A stretch of DNA of 62,959 bases, the filler included, from Octopus bimaculoides (Eukaryota): NCBI RefSeq assembly GCF_001194135.2. It is 7 parts of 7 records of this genome, joined end to end, with 100 filler letters (N's around TTAATTAATTAA, not from the genome) between each part and the next. Parts side by side here need not be neighbours in the genome. Positions count along the whole stretch, not along the records: positions 1 to 9,478 come from NC_068995.1; positions 9,579 to 19,552 come from NC_068981.1; 5 more parts are not named here. One strand, given 5' to 3'. Of the stretch, positions 1 through 11,135 are shown in pieces. Within the stretch, counting starts at the first letter, position 1. Each line of letters begins with the position of its first letter. Position numbers and translations under genes: made by a program. Below the pieces are notes generated by a model that saw only the letters and a list, made by a program, of their open reading frames with translations, did not search any database and was not told where the DNA came from.

Positions 1-185
1 ATATATATATATATATATATACATAATGTATTTATTTTCTCTTAGTTAACAATTAACTCTGACAAAACAAATTGGTTAATAGATACCAGGGTAGCAAAGA
101 TCATAAAATAACTGTGGTGTAACTCCTGTTTACGAGGGAGAAACTCCCTGTTAATTTAATAAATGGAGTATTACGCATATGTTAA

Positions 186-278
186 ATGAATTCTTTTATT
201 TCGAAGATTACAAATGGTTCCTTCCAAAGGAATGAGTGATGTTGATAAAGATGTAATCTTCTCTTCAGGGAAATTCAT
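186..278 (-). ncRNA. Hammerhead-ribozyme-like motif with long stem II; stem III degenerate
   Basis: Minus strand reads CTGAAGA (268-262), GAAGATTACA, 39 nt, TGTAATCTTC, GAAA. Stem II is a perfect 10 bp closed by G-C. Flanks 186-193 and 271-278 pair 7/8 as stem I. No intact stem III or UH site. Confidence 0.5.
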
Positions 279-324
279 AAGAGCCAACTTAACCATAAGA
301 CATCTTAACCGAATGTGATAACTG

Positions 325-372
325 TGGAAATTAGAGGGGATTAATCCCTTATTTTCCCCCCTCTAATTTCCA
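325..372. repeat. 15-bp perfect inverted repeat with 18-nt loop
   Basis: TGGAAATTAGAGGGG (325-339) and CCCCTCTAATTTCCA (358-372). Confidence 0.9.
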
Positions 373-562
373 TTTCACTTAACAACACAATCTCTCTCTC
401 TAGATCAATAGACCATTCATCACCTTTATATATTGTCATACACTTAATGTCTTACTAGTTCATAAAGGCATCATTTTCCTATATATATATAACATTGCCT
501 TTACCTTTATTACCACACGTCTATTGTGTGTGTGTGTACATATGTTTATATGTGTGTATGTG

Positions 563-607
<45 letters not shown>

Positions 608-1159
608 NNNNNNNNNNNNNNNNNNNNNNNNNNNNNNNNNNNNNNNNNNNNNNNNNNNNNNNNNNNNNNNNNNNNNNNNNNNNNNNNNNNNNNNNNNNNN
701 NNNNNNNNNNNNNNNNNNNNNNNNNNNNNNNNNNNNNNNNNNNNNNNNNNNNNNNNNNNNNNNNNNNNNNNNNNNNNNNNNNNNNNNNNNNNNNNNNNNN
801 NNNNNNNNNNNNNNNNNNNNNNNNNNNNNNNNNNNNNNNNNNNNNNNNNNNNNNNNNNNNNNNNNNNNNNNNNNNNNNNNNNNNNNNNNNNNNNNNNNNN
901 NNNNNNNNNNNNNNNNNNNNNNNNNNNNNNNNNNNNNNNNNNNNNNNNNNNNNNNNNNNNNNNNNNNNNNNNNNNNNNNNNNNNNNNNNNNNNNNNNNNN
1001 NNNNNNNNNNNNNNNNNNNNNNNNNNNNNNNNNNNNNNNNNNNNNNNNNNNNNNNNNNNNNNNNNNNNNNNNNNNNNNNNNNNNNNNNNNNNNNNNNNNN
1101 NNNNNNNNNNNNNNNNNNNNNNNNNNNNNNNNNNNNNNNNTATATAATATATAATATAT

Positions 1160-1209
<50 letters not shown>

Positions 1210-1231
1210 ATATATTTATAAGATAATATAT

Positions 1232-1803
1232 TTATATACTGAGGCTGATAAATTGAATATTAATTTTATTAATATCAATTTAAAACCAGTGGCCTAGCAT
1301 ATAAAAAAATCTGAAAATTCAGAAAAATTGTATTACATGCATATAAGAAGGGATGAAACACCAGAACATAAGCAGGCAAGACAAATGGAAAATATACAAA
1401 ATAAGGAATTAATCGTATACCGGTTTCCCCATAAACCTTGTTACTTACGTAAAAACGTCCTAGGTTCATCAGTACAATCATTCTAGAATCAATATAATTT
1501 GCAGAACTACTATACATGAATTGTCTTCATAAAATTTGACGTGTGTACAGTTCTACCGATTACATTGGGGTTATTTTCAAATGTCTCAGCTCTGGTGCGC
1601 TAAATTCCGAAAACAGTTCTGCAGAAGATAATTCACTGCAGATGTTGCCGGCTAGAGAACATAATTATTTAAATTACTATTTATATACTGAGGGTGATAT
1701 ATTGAATATTGATTTAATTAACATCAATTTAAAACCAGTGGCCTAGCATATAAAAAAATCTGAAAATTAAGAAAAATTGTATTACATGCGTATAAGAAGG
1801 GAT
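1232..1803. repeat. 123-bp direct repeat, 449-bp period (pseudo-LTR-like)
   Basis: 1232-1354 vs 1681-1803 align without gaps with 7 mismatches; a hammerhead-like motif lies between them. Confidence 0.9.
1411..1479 (-). ncRNA. Type I hammerhead-ribozyme motif with extended stem II region
   Basis: Minus: gattgta CTGATGA [38 nt] GAAA CCGG TA tacgatt. Palindromic ACCGGT stem III, GUA cleavage triplet, 7-bp stem I with two G-U. Stem II base weak (4 bp, not G-C closed). Confidence 0.55.
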
Positions 1804-2830
1804 CCCTTATATTTAAAAATATAAGAATATAATATTTAAAAACACTTAGATATTTAAACATATATAAAAACATTTATAAATACATAGGCATTTTGAAATA
1901 GAAAACGTCGATATGAAATAGGATATAGTAAATTAAAAGTTAAGAGGATATGTAATAAGGACTAGAGATTTCAAGTAAATCCATTGTTTAGGCAGAATGG
2001 TAAACATATGAGATTCCGATACCTTGTGAGTAAAATCCAATTGTTTTTAAGATTGGTCGTTGCCTTTGTAAACCATTATTAAGATTCCAATACCCAATGA
2101 GTAAAGCCCAACAGTCTTTGAAATTGGTCATTCCAAATATATATGTATAATATATATATATATGTGGGTGGGGGGTGTACGTATGTTTGTAAGTATATAT
2201 ATGTGTGTATATGNNNNNNNNNNNNNNNNNNNNNNNNNNNNNNNNNNNNNNNNNNNNNNNNNNNNNNNNNNNNNNNNNNNNNNNNNNNNNNNNNNNNNNN
2301 NNNNNNNNNNNNNCTCACACACTTTTTCTTTCTCTCCAAAGCACTTCTACCATGCCTTAGAGCACTCTTTCTTATAATCTGAAAATAACTTTTTAAAACT
2401 TTCTAACACATACATATTCTGTTAACAGTTAGCAAAAGCCATCTAATCAATATCCACAAAATTCCTTTAACTTGAGATGCTGAAATGGTTTTTACATTTA
2501 AAGTACAATATTTCCAGCTTCAGTTTCCAGTTTTCCTGTTGCAAATATCGTTACATTGTGCAAAATATGGGAAGACAATTTACAGGAATAATATATATAT
2601 ATTTTTAACCATTTTCTCTCTTTTTTTTTTTGTATTTTATGTTTTTTTAAAATGCTTTGGTGCATTTACATTTCCATTAACATTCCATAATTTATACTTC
2701 CATAGTTTGTACTTTCATTGCACTTGTATATTCAAATCCAAGCCTGATATCTCTCATTAAATAGACTGACTTGTTATTTCTTCTAATCATTCATTCATAT
2801 CACAGTAAATGTCATCTAATACATGTTGCA

Positions 2831-2885
2831 TCTCCTATATTAATAAAAGCGAAATTCTGTCTGTCTGGGACCCCTGTATCTCAGT
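2831..2885 (+). mobile_element. Possible Helitron-type 5' end
   Basis: A|TCTCCTATATTAATAAAAGCGAAATTCTGTCTGTCTG resembles non-autonomous Helitron 5' ends; matching 3' end not found. Confidence 0.3.
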
Positions 2886-3975
2886 CTACATTTGCTCTAT
2901 ATAAACATATTATAACCTTTTGGAATCAAGATGATCCTGAGATTAAAAATCTGCCCTTCATTTGGCTCTTGAACATCTAGCATTGGGATGTGACTTAAAA
3001 TCATTTGGGTTGCTATTTCTAGCAGGTAAAGCTTGGCTGATTCATGCCATCTTGTGTTAGATGACATCAGAGACCGAGGGGGAGATAAATGACATACACT
3101 TCATTAATTTTACATCGAGATAACTTTGGGACAAATTGGCTAATAGTTGGAATTCAACTAGGGGCTAGAATGATTGCATTACAGAATTAATTCTCATCTG
3201 TCCTTAAACTCTGATCAAACACCACTGGAGCATGTGGTCATTATAGACGTATTATAGTCAAGCTATTTAGCTCTCTTTAATTTTGGGCCACAGGCCCAAT
3301 TAGCCCTCCACAGGAGTTAGTGTAAAAGCTTGCACAGAGTACAGCTTTTAAGCTTGTCTCAAAGCAAATGGAAATATCTCAAAAGTATTAGGAAACATAT
3401 TGTTGCATCATTGTTTGAAATATCAGTTGCTACAGAAAAGAACATACTATGAACTCTACAAGCTTTTTAACAAAATACAGAGCTAGAATATTATCTCATA
3501 AAGCTTTTACTGTTTTTTCCCCACATCTTACACTCTGCACTATCAACAGAGCACAGTTTATTTCTTTATAACTTTTACTTAACAACCAACACTTAAGTAT
3601 GACTGATGATGCTTCACCAATGATGATATACCTTATTCCATCGGACATGAAATAGTGTGCCATAACAAACATCTAGATGCACCTTTTTGTGAAAAAGGTT
3701 GTGACTTCGGTGATATTAAGCAAACTTTTGGGTCAACAGAATTTAATTGGCACTAGGTTAGGACCTATTACAGAGGTTATTTAATGCCCTTAAAATATGT
3801 AAAGGTACGGGCAGCCTTACTCATAGGGTTGGCTTTCTCTGTGTACACAACTGGAATATCCTATTTGATATTTATGAACCATAGGTGGTGACAACAGGTT
3901 TACCCAACCCTGCCTGGTGCATATTTTTTCAAGTACCTGATTCTATCTGAATCCTTAATATCATTATATATATAT

Positions 3976-4005
3976 ACTAGCAGTATAATCCGATGTTGTC
4001 CGGGT
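3976..4005 (-). mobile_element. Possible Helitron 3' end
   Basis: Minus: CCCGGACAACATCGGA-TTATACTG-CTAG|T, a degenerate GC hairpin followed by CTAG and T. Confidence 0.4.
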
Positions 4006-4565
4006 GTGACTTATTACGCCATCTACAATAAGTCTTGCTAGGTGAAAATCAACTAAAAAAGAAAGCCTTACAACGAAAAAACCCTTATGATGTAAATATG
4101 TTCATGATTCAAAAAACGATGAAATTAATAGGGAAAGTCTGACAGCTGTTTTGCGTAACATTATTAAGCGTATGTAAATTTCATCCGTCTAATTGGCTAT
4201 AGAAATGCTTGTGCAAAACAACTTTTTGCGCTGCCTTGATTATACATAGCAGGGTAATTCCTTTTCGCAGGAGGTAGGACGGCAATTTCTGATGAAGCAA
4301 TTGCTGGTGATCTGTTGCTACACAGTTCTGCCAGAATTGTATCAGATTGGGCAGTAGATGTTGATGCACCGTTTTGCATTATGTTCAAAGTAGCTTCTGG
4401 AATGTGTTGAATTGCTGCAGTCTGTTGCTGTCTTTTTAAACCGGTTGCTTTCTTTCCCCAGCAAGTTGTCTTGTTTGGAGGCATAATCTATGTACATATT
4501 AAAGAGAACAACAAAAGTTATAACATTTGGCAGGGTCGGTAGTTTTCACATTTCGGTAATTTTTC

Positions 4566-5007
4566 AGATTAACACCCGCACGATTACATAACCGTAATCC
4601 TTAAACCCTAACCCTGACCCTAAAACCGTAACCATAACACTAACCCTCATTGTAACCCTAACCCTAACCGTAACCCTAAAATCCTAACCCAAAAACCGTA
4701 ACCCTGGACATAGGGGTCGATATAATCGACTATTCTCCACCTTCCCGAAGCCGCCCTTGTGGGAAAAATTTAACATAATAATGATAATAATAATAATGAC
4801 GTTTGCCGATCAAACTCCCAACCCACAACTAAGTCTTAAGTGTATATATATATGGGCAACACACACACACTAAATAAAAAAATGTTAGTAAGTAAAAGTG
4901 TTTTAAAAAAGATTGTTAAATTTTCAAATTAACACCAGCATGATTTTCACTGCAGTGTTAGAGCTGGGGTTTTAGGGTTAGGTAGGTAATCGTGCGGGTG
5001 TTAATCT
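4566..5007. mobile_element. Fold-back/MITE-like element with 22-bp inverted repeats and internal telomere-like repeats
   Basis: AGATTAACACCCGCACGATTAC (4566-4587) and exact reverse complement (4986-5007); degenerate (TAACCC)n at ~4600-4705 and TTAGGG at ~4970-4985; SINE 3' fragment at ~4710-4775. Confidence 0.7.
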
Positions 5008-5606
5008 CAAGATTTACGAAAAGATTTTCCAAAAGACTCACAGCTTGTAGGGAATAAATGTTTGTTGATCGCATTTGAAAAAGATATGTGACTATTTTTT
5101 TTCTGTTGTTATCACGGTGAAGGACGAGTTAGAAATAACTTACAATTCCCGCCAATTAGAATGAGGTATGTATGTATATATGTATGTAGTATTAAAATGA
5201 AACCATTAAAGTGAAACTGTCATTACNNNNNNNNNNNNNNNNNNNNNNNNNNNNNNNNNNNNNNNNNNNNNNNNNNNNNNNNNNNNNNNNNNNNNNNNNN
5301 NNNNNNNNNNNNNNNNNNNNNNNNNNNNNNNNNNNNNNNNNNNNNNNNNNNNNNNNNNNNNNNNNNNNNNNNNNNNNNNNNNNNNNNNNNNNNNNNNNNN
5401 NNNNNNNNNNNNNNNNNNNNNNNNNNNNNNNNNNNNNNNNNNNNNNNNNNNNNNNNNNNNNNNNNNNNNNNNNNNNNNNNNNNNNNNNNNNNNNNNNNNN
5501 NNNNNNNNNNNNNNNNNNNNNNNNNNNNNNNNNNNNNNNNNNNNNNNNNNNNNNNNNNNNNNNNNNNNNNNNNNNNNNNNNNNNNNNNNNNNNNNNNNNN
5601 NNNNNN

Positions 5607-5655
<49 letters not shown>

Positions 5656-5666
5656 CATATATATAT

Positions 5667-7158
5667 GGTGCCCCTGGGAGCTCCTCTGTGCTGATGTTCT
5701 AATTGCTGTGTCACTATCAGAACTAGAGAAGTAGTTTCAGGTGTGGAAGCATGGATTAGAATCGAAGGGCCTTAGAGTCAACCTAGCAAAAACCAAAGTC
5801 TTAATAGGTAGGAAGGCAGACAAAACCACAAATCCCTTCAGGTAGATGGCCCTGATCAATCTGTAGAAAAGACGTAGGTAGAAACTCTATAAGATGCACC
5901 CAGTGTAAGCTATGGACACATAAGAGGAGCAGCAATATCAAAGGGAGGCTAACTAAGGAGATAGTTTTTGTATGTGGCAGATGCTCAGGAGCAATAAACA
6001 CTGAAAATGTGCAGAGAACAACTTCTGCCACATCCTAGGGAGAAAAACTACGCGTAGTTGATAGCTTCCATTACCAAAGTGCTCTGAAAATTTAGCTGCT
6101 AGAATAAGAATAGCCTGGGCAAAGTTCAGAGAGTTCTTACCTCTGCAGCTGACAAAGGGCCTCTCGCTCAGAGTAAAAGGTAGACTGCATAATGCATGTG
6201 TACGAACAGCCATGCTACATGGCAGTGAAACATGGGCCGTGACTGAGGACATGCGTAAGCTTGCAAGGAATGAAGCCAGTATGCTCCGCTGGATATGTCA
6301 GTGTGCATACTCAACAGAGTGTAAGTGCTTTGAGAGAAAAGTTGGACCTAAGAAGCATCAGATGTGGTGTGCAAGACAGATGACTGTACTGGTATGGTCA
6401 TGTGTTGCGAATGGATGAGGATAGCTGTGTGAAAAAGTGTCACACTCTAGCGGTTGAGGGAACCTGTGGAAAAGGTAGACCCAGGAAGACTGGGATGAGG
6501 TGGTGAAGCATGACCTTCGAACATTAGGCCTCACTGAGGCAGTGACTAGTGACCAAGACCTTTGGAAATATGCTGTGCTTGAGAAGACCCAGCAAGCTAA
6601 TTGAGACCATAACCTGTGGCCTATGCCAGTGATGTAACCAGCCCACTTATGTGTACCTTTCCTTCACTGGACACTAAACTCTGCTTGCAAAGACCTGTTG
6701 AGGCAAGAGAAATCGAAATCAAATTCGATGACAGCACTGTATGACTGGCATCCATGCTAGTGGAGCGCTAAGAGCACCATCCGAGCATGATCATTACCAG
6801 GGCTGCTGACTGGCTCCCGTGCCAGTAGCACGTAAAAAGCACCAAACAAGCATGATCATTACCAGCATCACATTACTGGTACTTGTGCCGGTGGCACATG
6901 AAAAACAACATTCAAGCGAGGTTGTTGCTAGTGCTGCTGGACTAGCTCCTGTGCAAGTGGCACATAAAAACACCATTTGAGCGTGGCCGTTGCCAGTACT
7001 GCCTGACTGGCCCTCATGCTGGTGGCATGTAAAAGCACCCACTACACTCTCGGAGTGCCAGATCAGATTGGAGCCTGGAGCAGCCATCTGGCTTCCCAGT
7101 CCTTAGTGAAACCGTCCAACTCATGCCAGCATGGAAAGCGGACGTTAAATGATGATGA
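5667..7158 (+). mobile_element. RTE-clade LINE, 5'-truncated and decayed (RT C-terminus, 3' UTR, (GAT)n tail)
   Basis: PWELLCADV (decayed YADD), GLRVNLAKTKV, AWAKFRE, MLHGSETWAV, WYGHVLRM, GRPRKT; stops and frameshifts; ORF ends ~6604; tail GGACGTTAAATGATGATGA. Confidence 0.92.
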
Positions 7159-7393
7159 CATATACATATACATATACATATATATATGTACACACACACA
7201 CAAATATATATATAGACATATATANNNNNNNNNNNNNNNNNNNNNNNNNNNNNNNNNNNNNNNNNNNNNNNNNNNNNNNNNNNNNNNNNNNNNNNNNNNN
7301 NNNNNNNNNNNNNNNNNNNNNNNNNNNNNNNNNNNNNNNNNNNNNNNNAGTTTCAGTTCAAGGACTGCGGCTATGCTGGGGCCGTTTACTTTG

Positions 7394-8866
7394 CTACACT
7401 TTCCTCTGGTGGATGCGGAAGTTTGACATTGCTGCCCTCATTTGTGCTTCTTGCCTTGAGGTAGGTTCAACCAGAACTCTTGACAGAAAGTGATCTAGTT
7501 TTGTTTTGAAAAAGCCTACATCCATGCCATGCAGGTCTCTCAGGCTTTGTAGGAGGATATTGAAGAGCTGTGGGCTTTTGAAACCCAAGGTGTTGCAGTA
7601 TCTGGTTCTGTATCCTAATGGCAATGTTGGGGTTTGTGGTACCCCATCCTGCTGTTTATGTAACTGACAATGCCAAAGATTGACACAAGTTTTTCTAGGA
7701 TTTTCCAGATGTGTATACTGTATATCTTTCCTACCTTCACTCCAGGGAGTAAAATCTTAACTCTTTCAGTCTCTTCCAGTAGATGATATGTTGCATTGTG
7801 TTGACCTTCTTCGCGTAACTTTGCTGGGTCGCCTCAAGTTCCATTGCTAATTTTACACTGTTTGGTGACCACAGTTGGGAGCAGTAATCCGGATGGCAGA
7901 GGATTAAAGTCCTCCAGAGGTCAATCATGGTTTCCTTTTCTCTTGTTTTGAAAGTTCAAAGGACCCATCCAGCCAGACATCTGCATTTTATTGCCAACTT
8001 AGTTATGTGCACTTGGAAAGATGCATCATTACTCATGTTGATGCCTAGGTCACGCACTGATTTGGATTCATGGACTGGAATCCCTCCTGGGCCAGTGTAT
8101 CCTATCTGCTTTTCATTGAGTTTCCTGTGTTGGTAGCACAGGGCTTGGAATTTTCCATCATTAAACTGCACGTTATTTTCCTCAGCCCAACTCATGTTGT
8201 AGATGCTCAATGTCTCCAGGGTCCTGCATCCCCTGAGAGATTTTTGTATTGTCTGCATAGTTAGCAAGGGTGGCTACCTGAGCAGCTGAGAGCATATCAG
8301 TGAGGGCCAGTATAAATAGCAGGGGGCCTAGAACAGTGTCTTGTGGAATACTACTCATTATTTGTGTTTCCTTGGAGGTGGTCCATTGACCACTGCTACC
8401 TGACTTCTATCTTCTAGAAAGTCATGTAGCCATTCTCCAAGTTTTCCATCTATGCCAGGATTTCACAGCTTGTGACAAAAAAATACCATGGTCAACTTTA
8501 TCAAAGGCTTTTCCAACGTCGACGTATATTGCGTCCACATTTGAGTTGTCGAGCAGCTGCTTTAGCACTCAGTCGTAATGCTGCAAGAGCAGGTCAGGTA
8601 GCTTCTTCCTGGTCAAAAATCACGCTGGGTGTCAGTCAACAAGTCATTCTTTTCAAGGAATGCAATTAATTTCCTTCAGACTATTCGTTCCATGACTTTG
8701 CTGATGTGTGAGGTAAGAGAGATAGGCCGATAGTTTTTAGCATTTGCTCTGCTTCCTCCTTTATGGATAGGAAATATTATTCCCTTCTTTAGTTTGTCTG
8801 GGTGCTTACCATTTGCAATGAAGCTCTGAAATAGTAACTGCAATGGTTTTGCAAGGATTTGTTTGC
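7394..8866 (-). mobile_element. CR1-clade LINE ORF2 remnant (RT)
   Basis: IFPIHKGGSRANAKNYRPISLTSHISKVMERIV, VRDLGINMSND, DYCSQLWSP, PQLFNILLQSLR...FKTKLDHFL; many disablements. Confidence 0.92.
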
Positions 8867-9104
8867 ATATATGCATATATATATATATATACATATGTGT
8901 GTACATTATGTGGGCAATATTTTCCAACCAAGATGCTCCAAGTGTATCTGATTCACCAAGTGTTTCAATACTGTGTACGTACATACATTTTACTAGATTG
9001 CAAACATTTATTAATGGTTTTTCCCTTTGTGTTAATAATAATTCATTAATAAAACTGTCATTCATTAATAAAATGTCATTAATAAAACTGTCGGCATTTT
9101 TTAT

Positions 9105-9478
9105 GACATGGGTAAGTTTAGCTTCTTTAACCCTCCAACGTGGAGTATAGGCCGCTTATAATTGAATTCCATGTCGCATAATTTCTCGCTTCTGTACTTA
9201 TACTCTGCCATGAATGTCCCCCTTTCTCTAGTTCCTTTTGTGTTGATCTACGCCACGAGTTCTTAGGCCTACCCCTCTTTCTATATCCATCCGGATTCCA
9301 CTGTAAAGCACTTTTCGCTACATTTGGTGTGTCCTTTCTAATTGTGCTACCAATCCACTTCCACTTTTTCTTAAAAATTTGCTCTCTAATCAGAACTTGA
9401 TTCGTTCTTTGCCATAGCTCCATATTGCTTATGTGTTTGGGCCATCTGATTTTAAGTATACTACGCAAGCACCTGTTG
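9105..9478 (-). mobile_element. RTE-like LINE 3' fragment (different family from 5667-7158)
   Basis: RSILKIRWPKHISNMELWQRT...KWKWIGSTIRK...ALQWNPDGYRKRGRPKNSWRR. Confidence 0.88.
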
Positions 9479-9522
9479 NNNNNNNNNNNNNNNNNNNNNN
9501 NNNNNNNNNNNNNNNNNNNNNN

Positions 9523-9534
9523 TTAATTAATTAA
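9523..9534. other. Artificial assembly spacer TTAATTAATTAA (also 19597-19608, 27480-27491, 48817-48828, 50775-50786, 53588-53599)
   Basis: The same 12-mer (stops in all six frames) sits in the middle of a 100-bp N spacer (44 N on each side) at six places. Confidence 0.97.
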
Positions 9535-9578
9535 NNNNNNNNNNNNNNNNNNNNNNNNNNNNNNNNNNNNNNNNNNNN

Positions 9579-9900
9579 AGAGGTGAAGAAAGGAACGATG
9601 GAGGCGTTAAAAGGCATCATTTCGCAAGAATTCCAGGACTGCTTCGAATAATGGAAAACGCGCCTGGACCGATGCATTGCNNNNNNNNNNNNNNNNNNNN
9701 NNNNNNNNNNNNNNNNNNNNNNNNNNNNNNNNNNNNNNNNNNNNNNNNNNNNAGGACTGCTTCGAATAATGGAAAACGCGCCTGGACCGATGCATTGCTT
9801 CAGATGAATATTTTAAAGGCGATAAAAGTGTAAACATGTAAAACTAAGTGAATAAAATAATATTGCAAAATTTCGGTTTCTTATGGGTATCGCCTCGTAT
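9579..9900 (+). mobile_element. Mariner transposase C-terminus and right end
   Basis: EVKKGTMEALKGIISQEFQDCFE*WKTRLDRCIASD..YFKGD, then TIR-like TTCGGTTTCTTATGGGTATCGCCTCG ending in TA. Confidence 0.85.
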
Positions 9901-9902
9901 AT

Positions 9903-10148
9903 CAGAAAAATTGGAATTGACATGAGAGCAGAGCAAGTCCCCAAAACTGCTCTGCTGGAGACAGCTAGGCTTTTGAGATTAGTGCTTGGATGTTGAGTGT
10001 CTTCCACGATAATTAACAACGAAGTAGCAAAACTTAAAATGTGCGGAAAGAGACCCTATAAGACCTCTGACATGTTACTTTTCGCTCTCACAGAATGAAC
10101 CAGAGCAAACAAGACCGAGCGTTCTGAGATGTAAAATAATAATAATAA
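9903..10148 (+). mobile_element. RLE-type (R4/Dong-like) LINE extreme 3' end
   Basis: RKIGIDMRAEQVPKTALLETARLLRLVLGC* matches the KTALLGTARILR C-terminus; short 3' UTR ends in (TAA)n. Confidence 0.7.
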
Positions 10149-10432
10149 AAAGGAGAAAATACGCTATTTCTTTTACATTGCAGTTAATTCATTCTAAAGT
10201 ATATTAATGTAGACAAATCATTTCAGAATACAATAATATGTATTGACAAATAGATTATCACAAGCAAAATTATTTCAAAAGATGATAAAGTAGGAACAAC
10301 GAGAAAAAGAAGCAGAGGGAAAGAAAGTGTATGTGAGTGAGTTACGCGAGATTAAGATGAAATATATTGACACTTGTCAAAGGCGGAAACACATAAGATC
10401 ATTCATGTAAATTGCGTGTTTATACACACACT

Positions 10433-10483
10433 TATGTATGTATGTATGTATGTATGTATGTATGTATGTATGTATGTACCTAC

Positions 10484-10550
<67 letters not shown>
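10433..10550. repeat. Compound (TATG)n(TCTA)n microsatellite
   Basis: Directly visible; representative of dozens of (TA)n, (CA)n, (TG)n and (GA)n tracts. Confidence 0.97.
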
Positions 10551-10551
<1 letters not shown>

Positions 10552-11014
10552 GAGGAAAAGCTTTTGTTTTATTAAATTCATGTCTACATTTGAGTTTAAT
10601 TATTTTAAAATTTTAGATCTCTCTTGCTTCCTTCCATTTTTTTTACTGTAGGTTTCGAACAATAGAATTCCTAAATCTATGCTGGAGTTTTCAAACCTTC
10701 ACAGTCTTATTTCAAAGAGCTCAATATGTTTGGCGTCTGTATTATTTATTACGTACTGGTTCAATTCGTCAATTTGATGGGAAAGTCTACATGGATTCAA
10801 TTAATAAGTAAGAAACAACATAAATGCCAAGAATACCTAATTCTTGAAAATGAGACTGTGAATGTCTGGAAACGTCGAGTATGGATACAAGAACTCTATT
10901 GTTCGAAATAACTATAAAAAAAAACTAGTAAAAAAATAACAAAAACCTAAAATGAAGGTATAAAACTTGAACATAATCGTATATTTAATGAAACACGCAC
11001 GCACACACACATAT

Positions 11015-11135
11015 TTGAGAGGACGATACAGGCACGAGGTCCCGCGTTCGACCCCACTGTATAGCATGTTTGGCATGTGCTTTTACAGCGGGCTGACTCA
11101 ACCTTTGTGAGTAAATGTGGGGTGCACAAAAACTG
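11015..11135 (+). mobile_element. Degenerate tRNA-derived SINE head
   Basis: B-box-like GCGTTCGACCC, then CCTTTGTGAGTAAATGTGG...AAAAACTG..CAGAAGC resembling the SINE body at 51640-51680. Confidence 0.4.

Larger units (their letters stand above)
1232..2137 (-). mobile_element. Probable Penelope-like element 3' region / pLTR
   Basis: Partial tandem repeat plus hammerhead motif; 1976-2137 is clearly homologous to 33866-34042, which also lies next to a hammerhead. No coding remnant recognised here. Confidence 0.5.

Noticed and set aside
495-1221. Long ORFs spanning N runs and (TA)n/(CA)n/(TAT)n tracts, here and throughout the ORF track
   Set aside because: Artefacts of Ns and stop-free simple repeats.
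4197-4484. ILAELCSNRSPAIASSEIAV resembling Helitron PIF1 helicase motif Ia
   Set aside because: No Walker A GKT upstream and no further motifs; too weak to call.
9523-9534. Recurrent TTAATTAATTAA motif
   Set aside because: Always centred in a 100-bp N spacer; an assembly linker, not biology.
9635-9798. 46-bp exact direct repeat in the mariner fragment
   Set aside because: Identical sequence on both sides of a gap; unmerged contig overlap.
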